44,878 nt of DNA from Candidatus Fermentibacteraceae bacterium (GCA_041686025.1 JAWLEP010000023.1:1-44878); one strand, 5' to 3'. Positions 17,461 to 26,004 are shown, counted from the first letter of the stretch. Numbers and translations: made by a program. The notes: a model not told the origin generated them from the letters alone.

Positions 17461-18392
17461 ATTCGTCCCACCAGATCCAGGAATATCTCCTCCAGGCTGC
17501 TCTCCACCGTGGATATGTCCACCGGCTCCTGACCGCTTTCCTCCAGAAGGTCCAATGCGCGATGGAAGGCACCGGGCGTCTCGGGCAGAAGGCTGAGCAG
17601 TATACCGCTCTCGCATTCGGACACGTCCAGGCCCGCCAGATTGCGTATGCCGGCCAGGCACGCCTCCCCGGGCCGGCTGGCCAGGGTCACCTGGTAGACC
17701 TTGCGCGAGAATCTTCGCCGAAGGTCTTCCAGGCTCTCATGGGAGACGATCCTGCCCTCTCGGATTATCAGCACACGGGAGCAAACCGCTTCCATGAAGG
17801 ACATGTCGTGGGAGGTTACCAGAATGGTCCGGCCCCGCTTTCCTGCAAGGTCTGCGATCATCCCCCGAACCTCGGCTGCTGCCTCCACGTCCAACCCAAC
17901 GGTGGGCTCGTCCAGCAGCAGGATGTCCGGGTCGTGCACAAGGGCACAGGCCAGGGCCACCTTCTGCTTCATTCCGCTGGAGAACTTCCTGACCTCCTTT
18001 TCGGCCACCGCGGCCAGTCCCAGCCTGTCCAGCAGCCGCTCCATACGCTCCTGTACCTGACCATGGGCAAATCCGCGAATGCCGGCGAAGTAGCGAAGGT
18101 TCTCACGGGGTGAGAGGTACCAGTAGATGTTCCTGGCACCCTCGAGGACAGCACCTATGCGGCTCAGTACCCGCCTGCGCTGGCGGGGAATCTCCGCTCC
18201 CGCCACCCTGATTGTGCCGGCATCGAAGGTGAGCAGGCCGAGGATGGACTTGATGGCCGTGGTCTTTCCCGACCCGTTGGGGCCCAGTATGCCCAGGACC
18301 TCTCCGGGCTGAACGGAGAAGCTAATCCCCTGCAGCGCCTTTACATCGGAGTAGCTCTTCTCCAGCTCGCTCACGCTTATGAGGGGTTCCAG
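17451..18392 (-). CDS. ABC exporter ATP-binding subunit
   Basis: GPNGSGKT, FSSGMKQK, LLLDEPTVGLD, SHD. Best start is CTG 18392 after GGGAGG; the track's 18686 start overlaps csp. Confidence 0.88.
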   Translation of the reverse strand: MEPLISVSELEKSYSDVKALQGISFSVQPGEVLGILGPNGSGKTTAIKSILGLLTFDAGTIRVAGAEIPRQRRRVLSRIGAVLEGARNIYWYLSPRENLRYFAGIRGFAHGQVQERMERLLDRLGLAAVAEKEVRKFSSGMKQKVALACALVHDPDILLLDEPTVGLDVEAAAEVRGMIADLAGKRGRTILVTSHDMSFMEAVCSRVLIIREGRIVSHESLEDLRRRFSRKVYQVTLASRPGEACLAGIRNLAGLDVSECESGILLSLLPETPGAFHRALDLLEESGQEPVDISTVESSLEEIFLDLVGRICD

Positions 18393-18434
18393 GGTTCCTC
18401 CCGGGCAGTGGGAATACGGGTCTTCATTTTTCCG

Positions 18435-18462
18435 AAGATAACAGCCTCGCAGACGGCGGCAA
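18435..18462 (-). promoter_or_regulatory. Putative promoter of the ABC exporter
   Basis: TTGCCG-16 nt-TATCTT with an extended TG-n before the -10. Confidence 0.45.
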
Positions 18463-18494
18463 ACTACACCCCCATTGTCCTGCCAGCGGGGGAT

Positions 18495-18523
18495 TTGACA
18501 ATCGATACGGGAGTGTGTAGTAT
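18495..18523 (+). promoter_or_regulatory. Sigma70 promoter of the cold-shock gene
   Basis: TTGACA-17 nt-TAGTAT with an extended -10 TG. Confidence 0.75.
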
Positions 18524-18533
18524 CCGCTTGGAA

Positions 18534-18611
18534 GCAGAGTCGGGTTTGGCTTGTGATACACGCTGCCCGCGAAGTTCCGGGGTAGCATTTTTTTGTATCC
18601 TCCCGCTCTGC
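18534..18611 (+). promoter_or_regulatory. Structured 5' UTR of csp
   Basis: Nested stems GCAGAGtCGGG/CCCGCTCTGC, GATACA/TGTATC and GCTGCCC/GGGTAGC, with a T7 run after the inner hairpin. Confidence 0.55.
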
Positions 18612-18639
18612 AGGTAACACATTCAGAGGAGTTGTGAAA

Positions 18640-18852
18640 GTGGCAGAGAGAGAGACCGGGACGGTAAAGTGGTTCAACGAGTCCAAGGGCTACGGGTTCA
18701 TCGCCCGCGAGAGCGGCGACGATGTCTTCGTGCACTTCTCGGCAATCCAGGGTGAGGGTTTCCGCACTCTGGAAGAGAACCAGAGGGTGGAGTTCTCCGT
18801 AGAGGAGGACCCCAAGGGGCTCAGGGCCGCGAACGTCCAGGTAATGGACTAG
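18640..18852 (+). CDS. cspA: Cold-shock protein (CspA family)
   Basis: [43 protein letters not shown] start at 18634 or 18640. Confidence 0.95.
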   Translation: MAERETGTVKWFNESKGYGFIARESGDDVFVHFSAIQGEGFRTLEENQRVEFSVEEDPKGLRAANVQVMD

Positions 18853-18876
18853 CGCCCGGTAGCTATACATCCCGGG

Positions 18877-18914
18877 GCCCGCACGGTCGAAAGGCCGTGC
18901 GGGCTTATTTTTTT
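18877..18914 (+). terminator. Intrinsic terminator of csp
   Basis: GCCCGCACGGTC-GAAA-GGCCGTGCGGGC followed by TTATTTTTTT. Confidence 0.9.
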
Positions 18915-18924
18915 GCCTTCCACC

Positions 18925-19068
18925 GAATGCAGAATCGCTTGCGATTCTGCCAAGCCGTCAGCGCAAGCTGACGGCCGTCAGCGTTAGCCGACGCCCTTGC
19001 TCTGTAAGACGGAATGCAGAACAGGCTGTGCCTGTTCTGCTCAGGCGTCGGCGTTAGCCGACGCCCTT
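18925..19068. repeat. Tandem cluster of REP-like palindromes (two composite units)
   Basis: Each unit is GAAT + GCAGAA..TTCTGC hairpin + 4 nt + (C/G)CGTC(A/G)GC-N4-GC(T/C)GACG(G/C) hairpin(s) + CCTT. Units at 18925-18998 and 19012-19068. Confidence 0.75.
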
Positions 19069-19744
19069 AGTCCAACATCGCCCCGCTGGCGGTGTTGAGG
19101 CTGTCGAAGGGGATGTCCAGCACCAGCATGCTTCCCGCCTCGTCCCACGAGGGCAGCCCCAGCCGCAGCAGGGGGCCCTGCTCGCCGCGGACGATCAGGA
19201 AGCTCTGGGGGTCCAGCCAGTGGCCGATGGAGATCAGGCCCTGGTCCAGGCTGCCGCCGGGGAGGTCGGCCAGCCTGGCGACAAGCGACGAGAAGCGGGA
19301 GTCCATCTGCACCACGCTCTCCAGCTCCAGGGGAGTGCCGTCCATGAGCCAGGTCCGGTAGGCGGTGAAGATTGACGCGCTCTCCCGGCTGCCGCCGCTG
19401 CGGACGATTATCTCGCCCCCTATGTGGCTGCCGGAGAGGTTGATGAGCCGCAGAGACCGGCTCTCGTAGAGAGTACGCCTTCCGGTGGATATGGCGGCGG
19501 AGATGGCGCTGCGGGGCCTGGGAGCCAGCCAGAAGAGGGTGTCGGAGAAGTCGCCGGCCGCAAGACGCAGGCCCTCCACGTGGTAGGTCAGATTGACATT
19601 CTCGCCGGACACCGTGGTGTCGTCGGAGATCACCTGCAGGATGGTGTCTCCCGGCAGGTCGATACGGCTGCCGTCGGGAGCCACGGTGTACTCCGGGTAG
19701 GGCTGCGCCACGGCGGTCAGCAGCATCATGCAGGCGGCTAGCAT
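19067..19744 (-). CDS. Hypothetical secreted protein
   Basis: MLAACMMLLTAVA-QPY signal-like N-terminus; codon style matches neighbours; no recognised domain. Confidence 0.65.
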   Translation of the reverse strand: MLAACMMLLTAVAQPYPEYTVAPDGSRIDLPGDTILQVISDDTTVSGENVNLTYHVEGLRLAAGDFSDTLFWLAPRPRSAISAAISTGRRTLYESRSLRLINLSGSHIGGEIIVRSGGSRESASIFTAYRTWLMDGTPLELESVVQMDSRFSSLVARLADLPGGSLDQGLISIGHWLDPQSFLIVRGEQGPLLRLGLPSWDEAGSMLVLDIPFDSLNTASGAMLD

Positions 19745-19848
19745 ATCATGCTCTTCCCCTCGGCGGCGGAATGGACAAGGCACAAGTGCCGTCGGATCAA
19801 CATATGCACCGACACCCGCCCCCGGTCAAAGCCGCTCTGCGGCGTCCG

Positions 19849-20520
19849 TCATATGCGGCCGGTCTCCCGAAGGCTCACCGTGCCCCTGTCGGTGACCACC
19901 AGGTGGTCGAGGACGTCGAAGTCCAGGCTCCTGCCCAGCTCCCTTATCCGCTCGGTGAGCTCCACGTCCCGGCGGCTGGGCTCGAGGCGGCCTCCGGGAT
20001 GGTTGTGGACCAGTATCACCGCGGTAGCGCCGGTGGAGACCACCTTCTCCACCAGGTTCCGCGGGTAGACGGAGGCCTGGTTCACCGTTCCGTAGTCTAT
20101 GACCTTGGTGGCCAGCAGCCGGTTGCTGCTGTCCAGGAGCAGGGCTATCAGGCGCTCCCGGCGCTGGGCGCCCAGGCTGCTGCGCAGGTACTCCCGGACG
20201 GCGTCCGGGCTTTTCAGCACGTGTGTCCCCTCCACCGGCCGCTTGGCCCTGGAGGCCAGGTGGCAGATCATGCTCAGGAGTATGGAGGCGGACGGACCGA
20301 TGCCCTCCACCCGCGCAAGCAGCTCCGGCGGCTGGCGCAGTACCTGGGCCAGGGAGCCGAACTCCGCAAGCAGCCTGACGGCTATGGCCTTGGTGTCCTT
20401 CCTGGGAATGGCGTAGAAGAGCAGCAGCTCCAGCGCTTCCCGGTCGGAGAAGCCCGCAAGGCCGGCCCGCATGTACCGGCGTCTCAGTCTCTCCCGGTGG
20501 CCGCTCCTGGGGTCAGTCAT
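19849..20520 (-). CDS. radC: RadC family JAB-domain protein
   Basis: GHRERLR, ELLLFYAIPRKDTK, HhH VEGIGP, GTVNQASVYPR, VHNHPGG, DHLVV; overlaps the mscS stop. Confidence 0.93.
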   Translation of the reverse strand: MTDPRSGHRERLRRRYMRAGLAGFSDREALELLLFYAIPRKDTKAIAVRLLAEFGSLAQVLRQPPELLARVEGIGPSASILLSMICHLASRAKRPVEGTHVLKSPDAVREYLRSSLGAQRRERLIALLLDSSNRLLATKVIDYGTVNQASVYPRNLVEKVVSTGATAVILVHNHPGGRLEPSRRDVELTERIRELGRSLDFDVLDHLVVTDRGTVSLRETGRI

Positions 20521-21577
20521 CCTTCTCGAGGTAGACGGATGTGGAGGGGAAGGCGAACTCCAGGCCCAGCCCGCTCACGATGTGCATTATCTCCAGGTTC
20601 ACCTTCTCCAGCATGTTCAGCCACTCTATGTAATCCGCCGTGGCGAGGAAGAACTTCAGCTCCACGTTCAGCGATGAGGAGGCGAAGGTGGTGAAGTTCA
20701 CGATCTTCATGGCGTCGTCCACGTCGGGGCTCTCGTCCAGCATTGTTCGCAGCCGCGTGAGCAGCTCCTCCATCTTCTCCGGAGACGTGTCGTAGGTGAC
20801 ACCTACGGTGATCTCCGTCCGTCGCATGGGGCGGAGCGACCAGTTGTCCACCACGTCGTCAATTATCTGCTTGTTGGGGATGGTTACCAGCGTCTTGCCG
20901 ACGGTGCGGATCCTCGACGACCGCAGGCCTATCTCCTCCACGGTTCCTATCACGTCGCCCACCTTGACGAAGTCGCCCACCATGAAGGGCCGGTCCAGGA
21001 AGATGGCCACCGAGGCGAAGAGGCCGGAGAGGGTGTCCTGAGCCGCCAGAGCCACCGCCAGGCCGCCTATGCCCAGGCCGGCCACAATGCCGCTCACCGG
21101 ATAGCCCATGGCCTGCATGTAGAACACTATGCCCAGCGCCACGATGAGCACCTTGGCCGCCTTGCGCATTATGGGCACCAGCTGGTCGTCCAGCTGTGAC
21201 TCGGTGCCGTCGGCCAGGTCGGTCATGCTGTCGGAGACGGCGTCGGTGAGCCGCAGCAGCAGCCATACCATGTCGAAGGTTCCCAGCAGCAGCAGAATGC
21301 GTTTGGTCCAGATGATGAGGCCGCCGCTCACCGGCAGAGCCCGGACGGCGGCGTAGATGCCCAGAAGCAGCACCAGGAAGGAGACCGGAGTCCGCTCTCT
21401 GGCTATCAGGGCCCGAAGGAATCCCTTTCCCCTGGCTCCCTTTCTCAGCATAATGGCCCTGACTATTCCCCTGATGAAGAGGGTGATGGCGAGCACCGCC
21501 AGTGCCCCCACGACCCTCCCGGCGGGAAAGTCCCCCATCTGCCAGTCGATCACGCTTCGAAGGAAATCGAGATTCAA
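20513..21577 (-). CDS. Mechanosensitive channel, MscS family
   Basis: GLGIGGLAVALAAQD, DRPFMVGD, GTVEEIGLRS, IPN, FAFPS. Start re-called to TTG 21577 after GGAGG. Confidence 0.92.
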   Translation of the reverse strand: MNLDFLRSVIDWQMGDFPAGRVVGALAVLAITLFIRGIVRAIMLRKGARGKGFLRALIARERTPVSFLVLLLGIYAAVRALPVSGGLIIWTKRILLLLGTFDMVWLLLRLTDAVSDSMTDLADGTESQLDDQLVPIMRKAAKVLIVALGIVFYMQAMGYPVSGIVAGLGIGGLAVALAAQDTLSGLFASVAIFLDRPFMVGDFVKVGDVIGTVEEIGLRSSRIRTVGKTLVTIPNKQIIDDVVDNWSLRPMRRTEITVGVTYDTSPEKMEELLTRLRTMLDESPDVDDAMKIVNFTTFASSSLNVELKFFLATADYIEWLNMLEKVNLEIMHIVSGLGLEFAFPSTSVYLEKDD

Positions 21578-21736
21578 GGGCTGCCTCCATCCCGGGTATC
21601 CCAAGTATGCTGAAGGGGCAAGATTCAGCATGCGCGCGCGGTCGTCAACTTGCCGGAGAGGGCGCGACGATGTTGACGCGCCGCATCCGGGTCCTGCATT
21701 GATTGAGCCCCGGCAACAACGGAAGGAGCTGTAGGC

Positions 21737-22483
21737 GTGAACAAGGCTGCGGCAAAGGACTGGGTACTGCAGATAGCGCTGGCCCTGATCATCTTCTTCG
21801 GCTTCCTCCGCCCCTACGTTGTGGAGGCGTTCCGAATCCCCACCGGCAGCATGGAGAACACACTGCTCATCGGCGACCACCTCCTGGTGCTGAAGGCCGA
21901 GGACGGCCAGTTCATACCCTGGACGGACAGGATGGAGCCTCCCTACCACGCCTTCAGGGGCGATTCACACGGCCTGCTCATGCCGGCCACGGGCTCCGTG
22001 GAGCGGGGGGAGATACTGGTGTTCCGCTACCCGATGAACCCCAGCAGGGACTTCATAAAGCGGGTTGTGGGAGTGGCGGGGGACACCGTTCGCGTCTGGC
22101 ACGACACCCTCTACGTCAACGGCCGACCACTCCCGGGCTACGAGACCTGCTACCAGGACCGTTACCGGGCCAACCCCATAGACTGGGCCTGGCCGGAGGT
22201 GCTCTTCACCATGGAGGGCAGGAGGATGCTGGCCGCCAACTCACCCGAGTACGGCAGGATAGCGGCAGACACCGTACACCTGGGAGGCGGGTCAATGGCC
22301 TACGTGGTACCCGAGGAGCACGTGTTCATGATGGGCGACAACCGCGACCACTCCAACGACAGCCGCATATTCGGCCCCCTCCACCTTGACCTTGTTAAGG
22401 GTGAGCCAATAGTAACATACTGGTCGTGGGCCCCCGGCCATGGACTGCCCAAGCTAGACAGGATTGGCAGGTTGGTTGACTGA
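21737..22483 (+). CDS. lepB: Signal peptidase I
   Basis: IPTGSMENTL (Ser), DFIKRV (Lys), MGDNRDHSNDSR; one N-terminal TM; AAGGAG RBS. Confidence 0.95.
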   Translation: MNKAAAKDWVLQIALALIIFFGFLRPYVVEAFRIPTGSMENTLLIGDHLLVLKAEDGQFIPWTDRMEPPYHAFRGDSHGLLMPATGSVERGEILVFRYPMNPSRDFIKRVVGVAGDTVRVWHDTLYVNGRPLPGYETCYQDRYRANPIDWAWPEVLFTMEGRRMLAANSPEYGRIAADTVHLGGGSMAYVVPEEHVFMMGDNRDHSNDSRIFGPLHLDLVKGEPIVTYWSWAPGHGLPKLDRIGRLVD

Positions 22484-22514
22484 CGATGGTCTTGCATCAC
22501 CCGGATATTGCTGA

Positions 22515-23453
22515 ATGAGTGAGAGAAGGCTGCCCTACTCGAGGACCTTTCTGGAGGGCGTCCCGCTGCGCTTTCTGAATCTCCCCGAGCTGTCCCGGGG
22601 AGCGCTGGACAGCCGCGCCCTGGCCGATGACGGCTACTGGCAGATATGCGACGAGAAGCCCATCGCCCTTCTGCTGCTCCGCGCGGGCAGGCCCTACCGC
22701 ATAGTCGGCCACGAGACACCGGACCTGGCCAGCTTCATCCGGTTCCTCAACCGGGACAAGCGTGAGCTCACCATAACCTTCCGCTTCGTGGAAAGGGGCA
22801 CCCTGCCCTGCATACTCAAGGTCTGGTCGGAAGAGCCGATGCTGCAGGAGCTGCAATGCAGCGAGGGCGACGTGATGGACCTGCTGAGGTCGCTGAAGAG
22901 GGCGGGGGAGTCGGGGCTTCTGGAGCTGGAGTACGGAGAGACCACCTCCCTGGTACCGGTGGACAACGGAAAGATATCGAGGGGATACCTGCCCGGGTCC
23001 ACCATTCGCGGCCGCGACCTGCTCACCTACCTGAGCAAGGAGGTCCCGGACGAGGCCACCGCCTGCTTCTACCCGGGAGAGGTGCCTTCCCTGGCCCCGG
23101 TGGGACTGTCGGAGATAGGCCTGCTGGTGTCCTCATTCAACAACTGGCTGGAGGCCCTGAGGCCCACCTGGCCCGAATGCGACGACATAACCGAGGAGCT
23201 CTTCCGCAGCCTGGCGCGGAAGAACGACTTCCTGGGGGCGTTCGAGTTCTACCCCGACGACGGGCTCTTCCTGAAGAAGCCCCTGGACCGGCCGGAGCGG
23301 CTCCCCGGAGTCTTCGTGGAGCTGATAAAGGGGGTGGCCGAGCGGCATGCGTCGGAGGAGACCTGCATCAGGGTGTTCGGGTCCGCCAACCGCGAGAACC
23401 GGGTGGCGCTGGCCACGGCGGGCCTGAAGGAGATAGTGGGCAGCGGAGCCTGA
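22515..23453 (+). CDS. Hypothetical cytoplasmic protein, tandem DUF4388/PATAN-like repeats
   Basis: Two similar segments (LNLPELSRGAL..DGYWQI..LLLLRAGRP and DVMDLLRSLKRAGESGLLEL..VPVDNGKI) plus a helical C-terminus. Fills the gap between lepB and ktrA exactly. Confidence 0.65.
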   Translation: MSERRLPYSRTFLEGVPLRFLNLPELSRGALDSRALADDGYWQICDEKPIALLLLRAGRPYRIVGHETPDLASFIRFLNRDKRELTITFRFVERGTLPCILKVWSEEPMLQELQCSEGDVMDLLRSLKRAGESGLLELEYGETTSLVPVDNGKISRGYLPGSTIRGRDLLTYLSKEVPDEATACFYPGEVPSLAPVGLSEIGLLVSSFNNWLEALRPTWPECDDITEELFRSLARKNDFLGAFEFYPDDGLFLKKPLDRPERLPGVFVELIKGVAERHASEETCIRVFGSANRENRVALATAGLKEIVGSGA

Positions 23454-23454
23454 G

Positions 23455-24138
23455 CTACACCTCGGCGCTGATGTAGGCCTCGATGTCCTCTTTGGTCCCC
23501 ATCATGAACAGGTGATCGCCGGCCTGTATCACGTCGTCCGGAAGCGGTATGCGGTAGATGCGCCGGCCCTCTGCGGTAAGCCTGCCTATGTAGGCTACAT
23601 TAAGGCCGTATATCCTTCTGATGTCCATGTCCCGCAGTGTCTTGCCGATCATTGACCGTTTGGGGCTGACGTGGACGAAGTCTATTCCTCCCACCAGTGA
23701 GACGTAGTTCTCCACACCGCGCAGGGTCAGCGAGCGAGCCTCCTGCTCGCCCTGGGTCTGCTCGGGCGTGTACACCTTGTCGGCCCCCACCGATCCCAGG
23801 ATCCGTCGCTCCCGCTCGGTGGTGGCCCGGCTGTGGACCCGCACACCCATGTCCTTGAGCATTCTGGTGATCAGCACGTTGGCGCCGAAGTCCTCCCCTA
23901 CGGCCACCACCACCAGGTCCATCTCGCCGAGGCCGTGGGCCCTGACCAGCGACTCGTCGGTGCAGTCGAAGGAGATGGCCGAGGTGACGCTGTTGCTGAT
24001 GTCGTCAACCAGCTTGTCGCTCTTGTCTATGGCCACCACGTCGGCGCCCTGGCGGTAGAGCTCCAGGGCCAGGCTGTAGCCGAAGGAGCCCAGGCCGATC
24101 ACGGCGAATCTGCTGGCTGCCTGCTGCTTCTCTTCCAC
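23455..24138 (-). CDS. ktrA: Potassium uptake regulatory RCK subunit (KtrA/TrkA)
   Basis: FAVIGLGSFG, VVAID, GADKVYTPE, RCK_C GKTLRDMDIRRIYGLNV. Confidence 0.9.
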   Translation of the reverse strand: MEEKQQAASRFAVIGLGSFGYSLALELYRQGADVVAIDKSDKLVDDISNSVTSAISFDCTDESLVRAHGLGEMDLVVVAVGEDFGANVLITRMLKDMGVRVHSRATTERERRILGSVGADKVYTPEQTQGEQEARSLTLRGVENYVSLVGGIDFVHVSPKRSMIGKTLRDMDIRRIYGLNVAYIGRLTAEGRRIYRIPLPDDVIQAGDHLFMMGTKEDIEAYISAEV

Positions 24139-24141
24139 TTG

Positions 24142-25947
24142 CTATCCAATCGTTATTCGTGCCTCGGGGTAGCGGTACTTCAGCTGTCTCTTCAACCCTG
24201 TGGCCGCCGCCAGTGTGGCCGGGCCCACCCTGCCCGAAAACATCGTAAAGATAATCACCAGCTTGCCCAGGGAGGTCAAATGCCCGGTGGCTCCCGTGGA
24301 GAGGCCCACCGTTCCGAAGGCGCTCATGGTCTCGAAGATGTAGTCCATGGGCCCCAGGCCGGATTCCACGCCGCTCTCGGTCAGCAGCAGCAGAAGGGAG
24401 GAAATACCGAAGAGCATGCCACCGAGAACCACCACCAGGGCCGCCCTCTGAAAGTCGTAGAGGGGTATTCTGCGGTTCCAGAGCTCGGGAGTGGGCCGCT
24501 GGCCGTACCGGGAGCCGAACATGGTCGTTCCCCCGACGGGGGAGGTTTCCGCCCCCCTCGTCTTCCTGCGGTGGGGGAATCCCAGCAGAGACCCCAGGGC
24601 CACCAGCATGAGGCCCATCGTGCTGGTCTTCACTCCTCCGCCCGTGCTGCCGGGGGAGGCCCCTACGAACATCAGCAGCACGAACAGCCACTGCATTCCG
24701 GCCGTGACGCTCGAGGTGTCCACGGTGTTGAAGCCCGCCGTCCGGGGAGTCACCGCCTGCAGGTAGGCGTTGGCCAGCCTGTCGCCCAGGGTCATTCCTG
24801 CCAGTGTGTTGTTCCACTCCAGCAGCAGGAAGGCTGCAAAGGCCCCCACTACGAGGACGATTGTGCAGAGGAGAACGAACCTGGTCTGAACCGAGAGGCG
24901 GGCGGCCCTTCCGCTGCGCACCCGCGCCATGACCGTTGCGCCCAGTGCGGCAAGGACCCCGAATCCGAGTCCTCCCAGCACGATCAGGGTACCCATTATC
25001 AGGCAGGTGGACGGGGAGCCCGAGAAGCGCTCCAGGTTGGTGGTGTTGAGACTGAAGCCGGCGTTGCAGAAGGCGGAGATGCTGTGGAATATCGAGTGCC
25101 AGATCACGTTCAGCTGAGAGGATCCAGCCATGATCGGCCGCCAAACGATGTACAGCAGGAAGGCGCCGGCGGCCTCGATGGAAAGCGTCCAGGCCACGAT
25201 GGCCCCCATCATGCTCTTGATGTCGCTTACGAAGTCGGTGTCCATCACCCGGCTCAGCGACAGGGCGTGCCTGTAGCTCACCGAGGACCTGCTGAGGTAC
25301 AGCGTGAAGAAGGCCACGAAGGTCATCAGCCCCAGTCCGCCGATCTGGATGAGGATAGCTATCACAAGCTGTCCGAAGGTGGTGAAGGCGGTGCCCGTGT
25401 CCACCACGATCAGGCCGGTTACGCAGGTGGCCGAGGCGGCGGTGAACAGCGCGTCCAGGGCAGAGATGCCCTCCCTGGTGGCCCCCGGCAGGATCAGCAT
25501 GACAGTGCCCACGGTGATCACCACCAGAAACGAGACCGGCAGGATCAGGGAGGGGGTGAACGTAGACATTATCCACGAGCCCAGCTGGGCTATCATCACC
25601 TTTGTTGCGCTGAGGGAGATGTAGACCACGCTGGCCGCGTAGACCGCTGCGTAGAGCTCCCAGGCGGAGATGCGGCCCACCAGGAAGATGCCCAGAGATA
25701 CGGCCAGGGCCAGCGCGTATCCGCTGGCGAAGAGGGCGGCCCACAGGTCGGCTCCGAAGTCCCGAAGCGGCCCTCTGCGGGAGAGTAGATCCCCGGCCAG
25801 CCAGAACAGGGCAAAGCCCAGCAGGGCCAGGTCCTCGGCCCGCAGGCCGGCGCCCAGTCTCGCCCCGAGGCTGAAGCCGTACTTGATTGCCAGCAGGGCC
25901 AGACCGGTGATGGCAAGGGCCAGCCTGTTGCTCTCTCTCCGTGCCAT
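24142..25947 (-). CDS. ktrB: Potassium uptake membrane subunit (KtrB/TrkH) with N-terminal extra TMs
   Basis: Pore loops SATCVTGL, SAFCNAGF, PRTAGF and SAFGTVGL; GASPGSTGGGVK; GRVGP. Confidence 0.92.
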   Translation of the reverse strand: MARRESNRLALAITGLALLAIKYGFSLGARLGAGLRAEDLALLGFALFWLAGDLLSRRGPLRDFGADLWAALFASGYALALAVSLGIFLVGRISAWELYAAVYAASVVYISLSATKVMIAQLGSWIMSTFTPSLILPVSFLVVITVGTVMLILPGATREGISALDALFTAASATCVTGLIVVDTGTAFTTFGQLVIAILIQIGGLGLMTFVAFFTLYLSRSSVSYRHALSLSRVMDTDFVSDIKSMMGAIVAWTLSIEAAGAFLLYIVWRPIMAGSSQLNVIWHSIFHSISAFCNAGFSLNTTNLERFSGSPSTCLIMGTLIVLGGLGFGVLAALGATVMARVRSGRAARLSVQTRFVLLCTIVLVVGAFAAFLLLEWNNTLAGMTLGDRLANAYLQAVTPRTAGFNTVDTSSVTAGMQWLFVLLMFVGASPGSTGGGVKTSTMGLMLVALGSLLGFPHRRKTRGAETSPVGGTTMFGSRYGQRPTPELWNRRIPLYDFQRAALVVVLGGMLFGISSLLLLLTESGVESGLGPMDYIFETMSAFGTVGLSTGATGHLTSLGKLVIIFTMFSGRVGPATLAAATGLKRQLKYRYPEARITIG

Positions 25948-25976
25948 GGGGCTTACCTCCCACCGTTGATTGGAGC

Positions 25977-26004
25977 ATATTAACCAACAGCGTCATCCGG
26001 TCAA
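25977..26004 (-). promoter_or_regulatory. Putative promoter of ktrBA
   Basis: TTGACC-16 nt-TAATAT, about 30 nt before the ATG, which has a GGAGG RBS. Confidence 0.45.

Noticed and set aside
18925..19068. Possible CRISPR array
   Set aside because: Only two composite units, no constant repeat with unique equal-length spacers, and no cas genes in the window. Reported as REP-like instead.
19849..20520. radC as a marker of a mobile element or anti-restriction island
   Set aside because: It is the full-length chromosomal form with the N-terminal HhH region, coupled to mscS, with no integrase, transposase or att-like repeats nearby.
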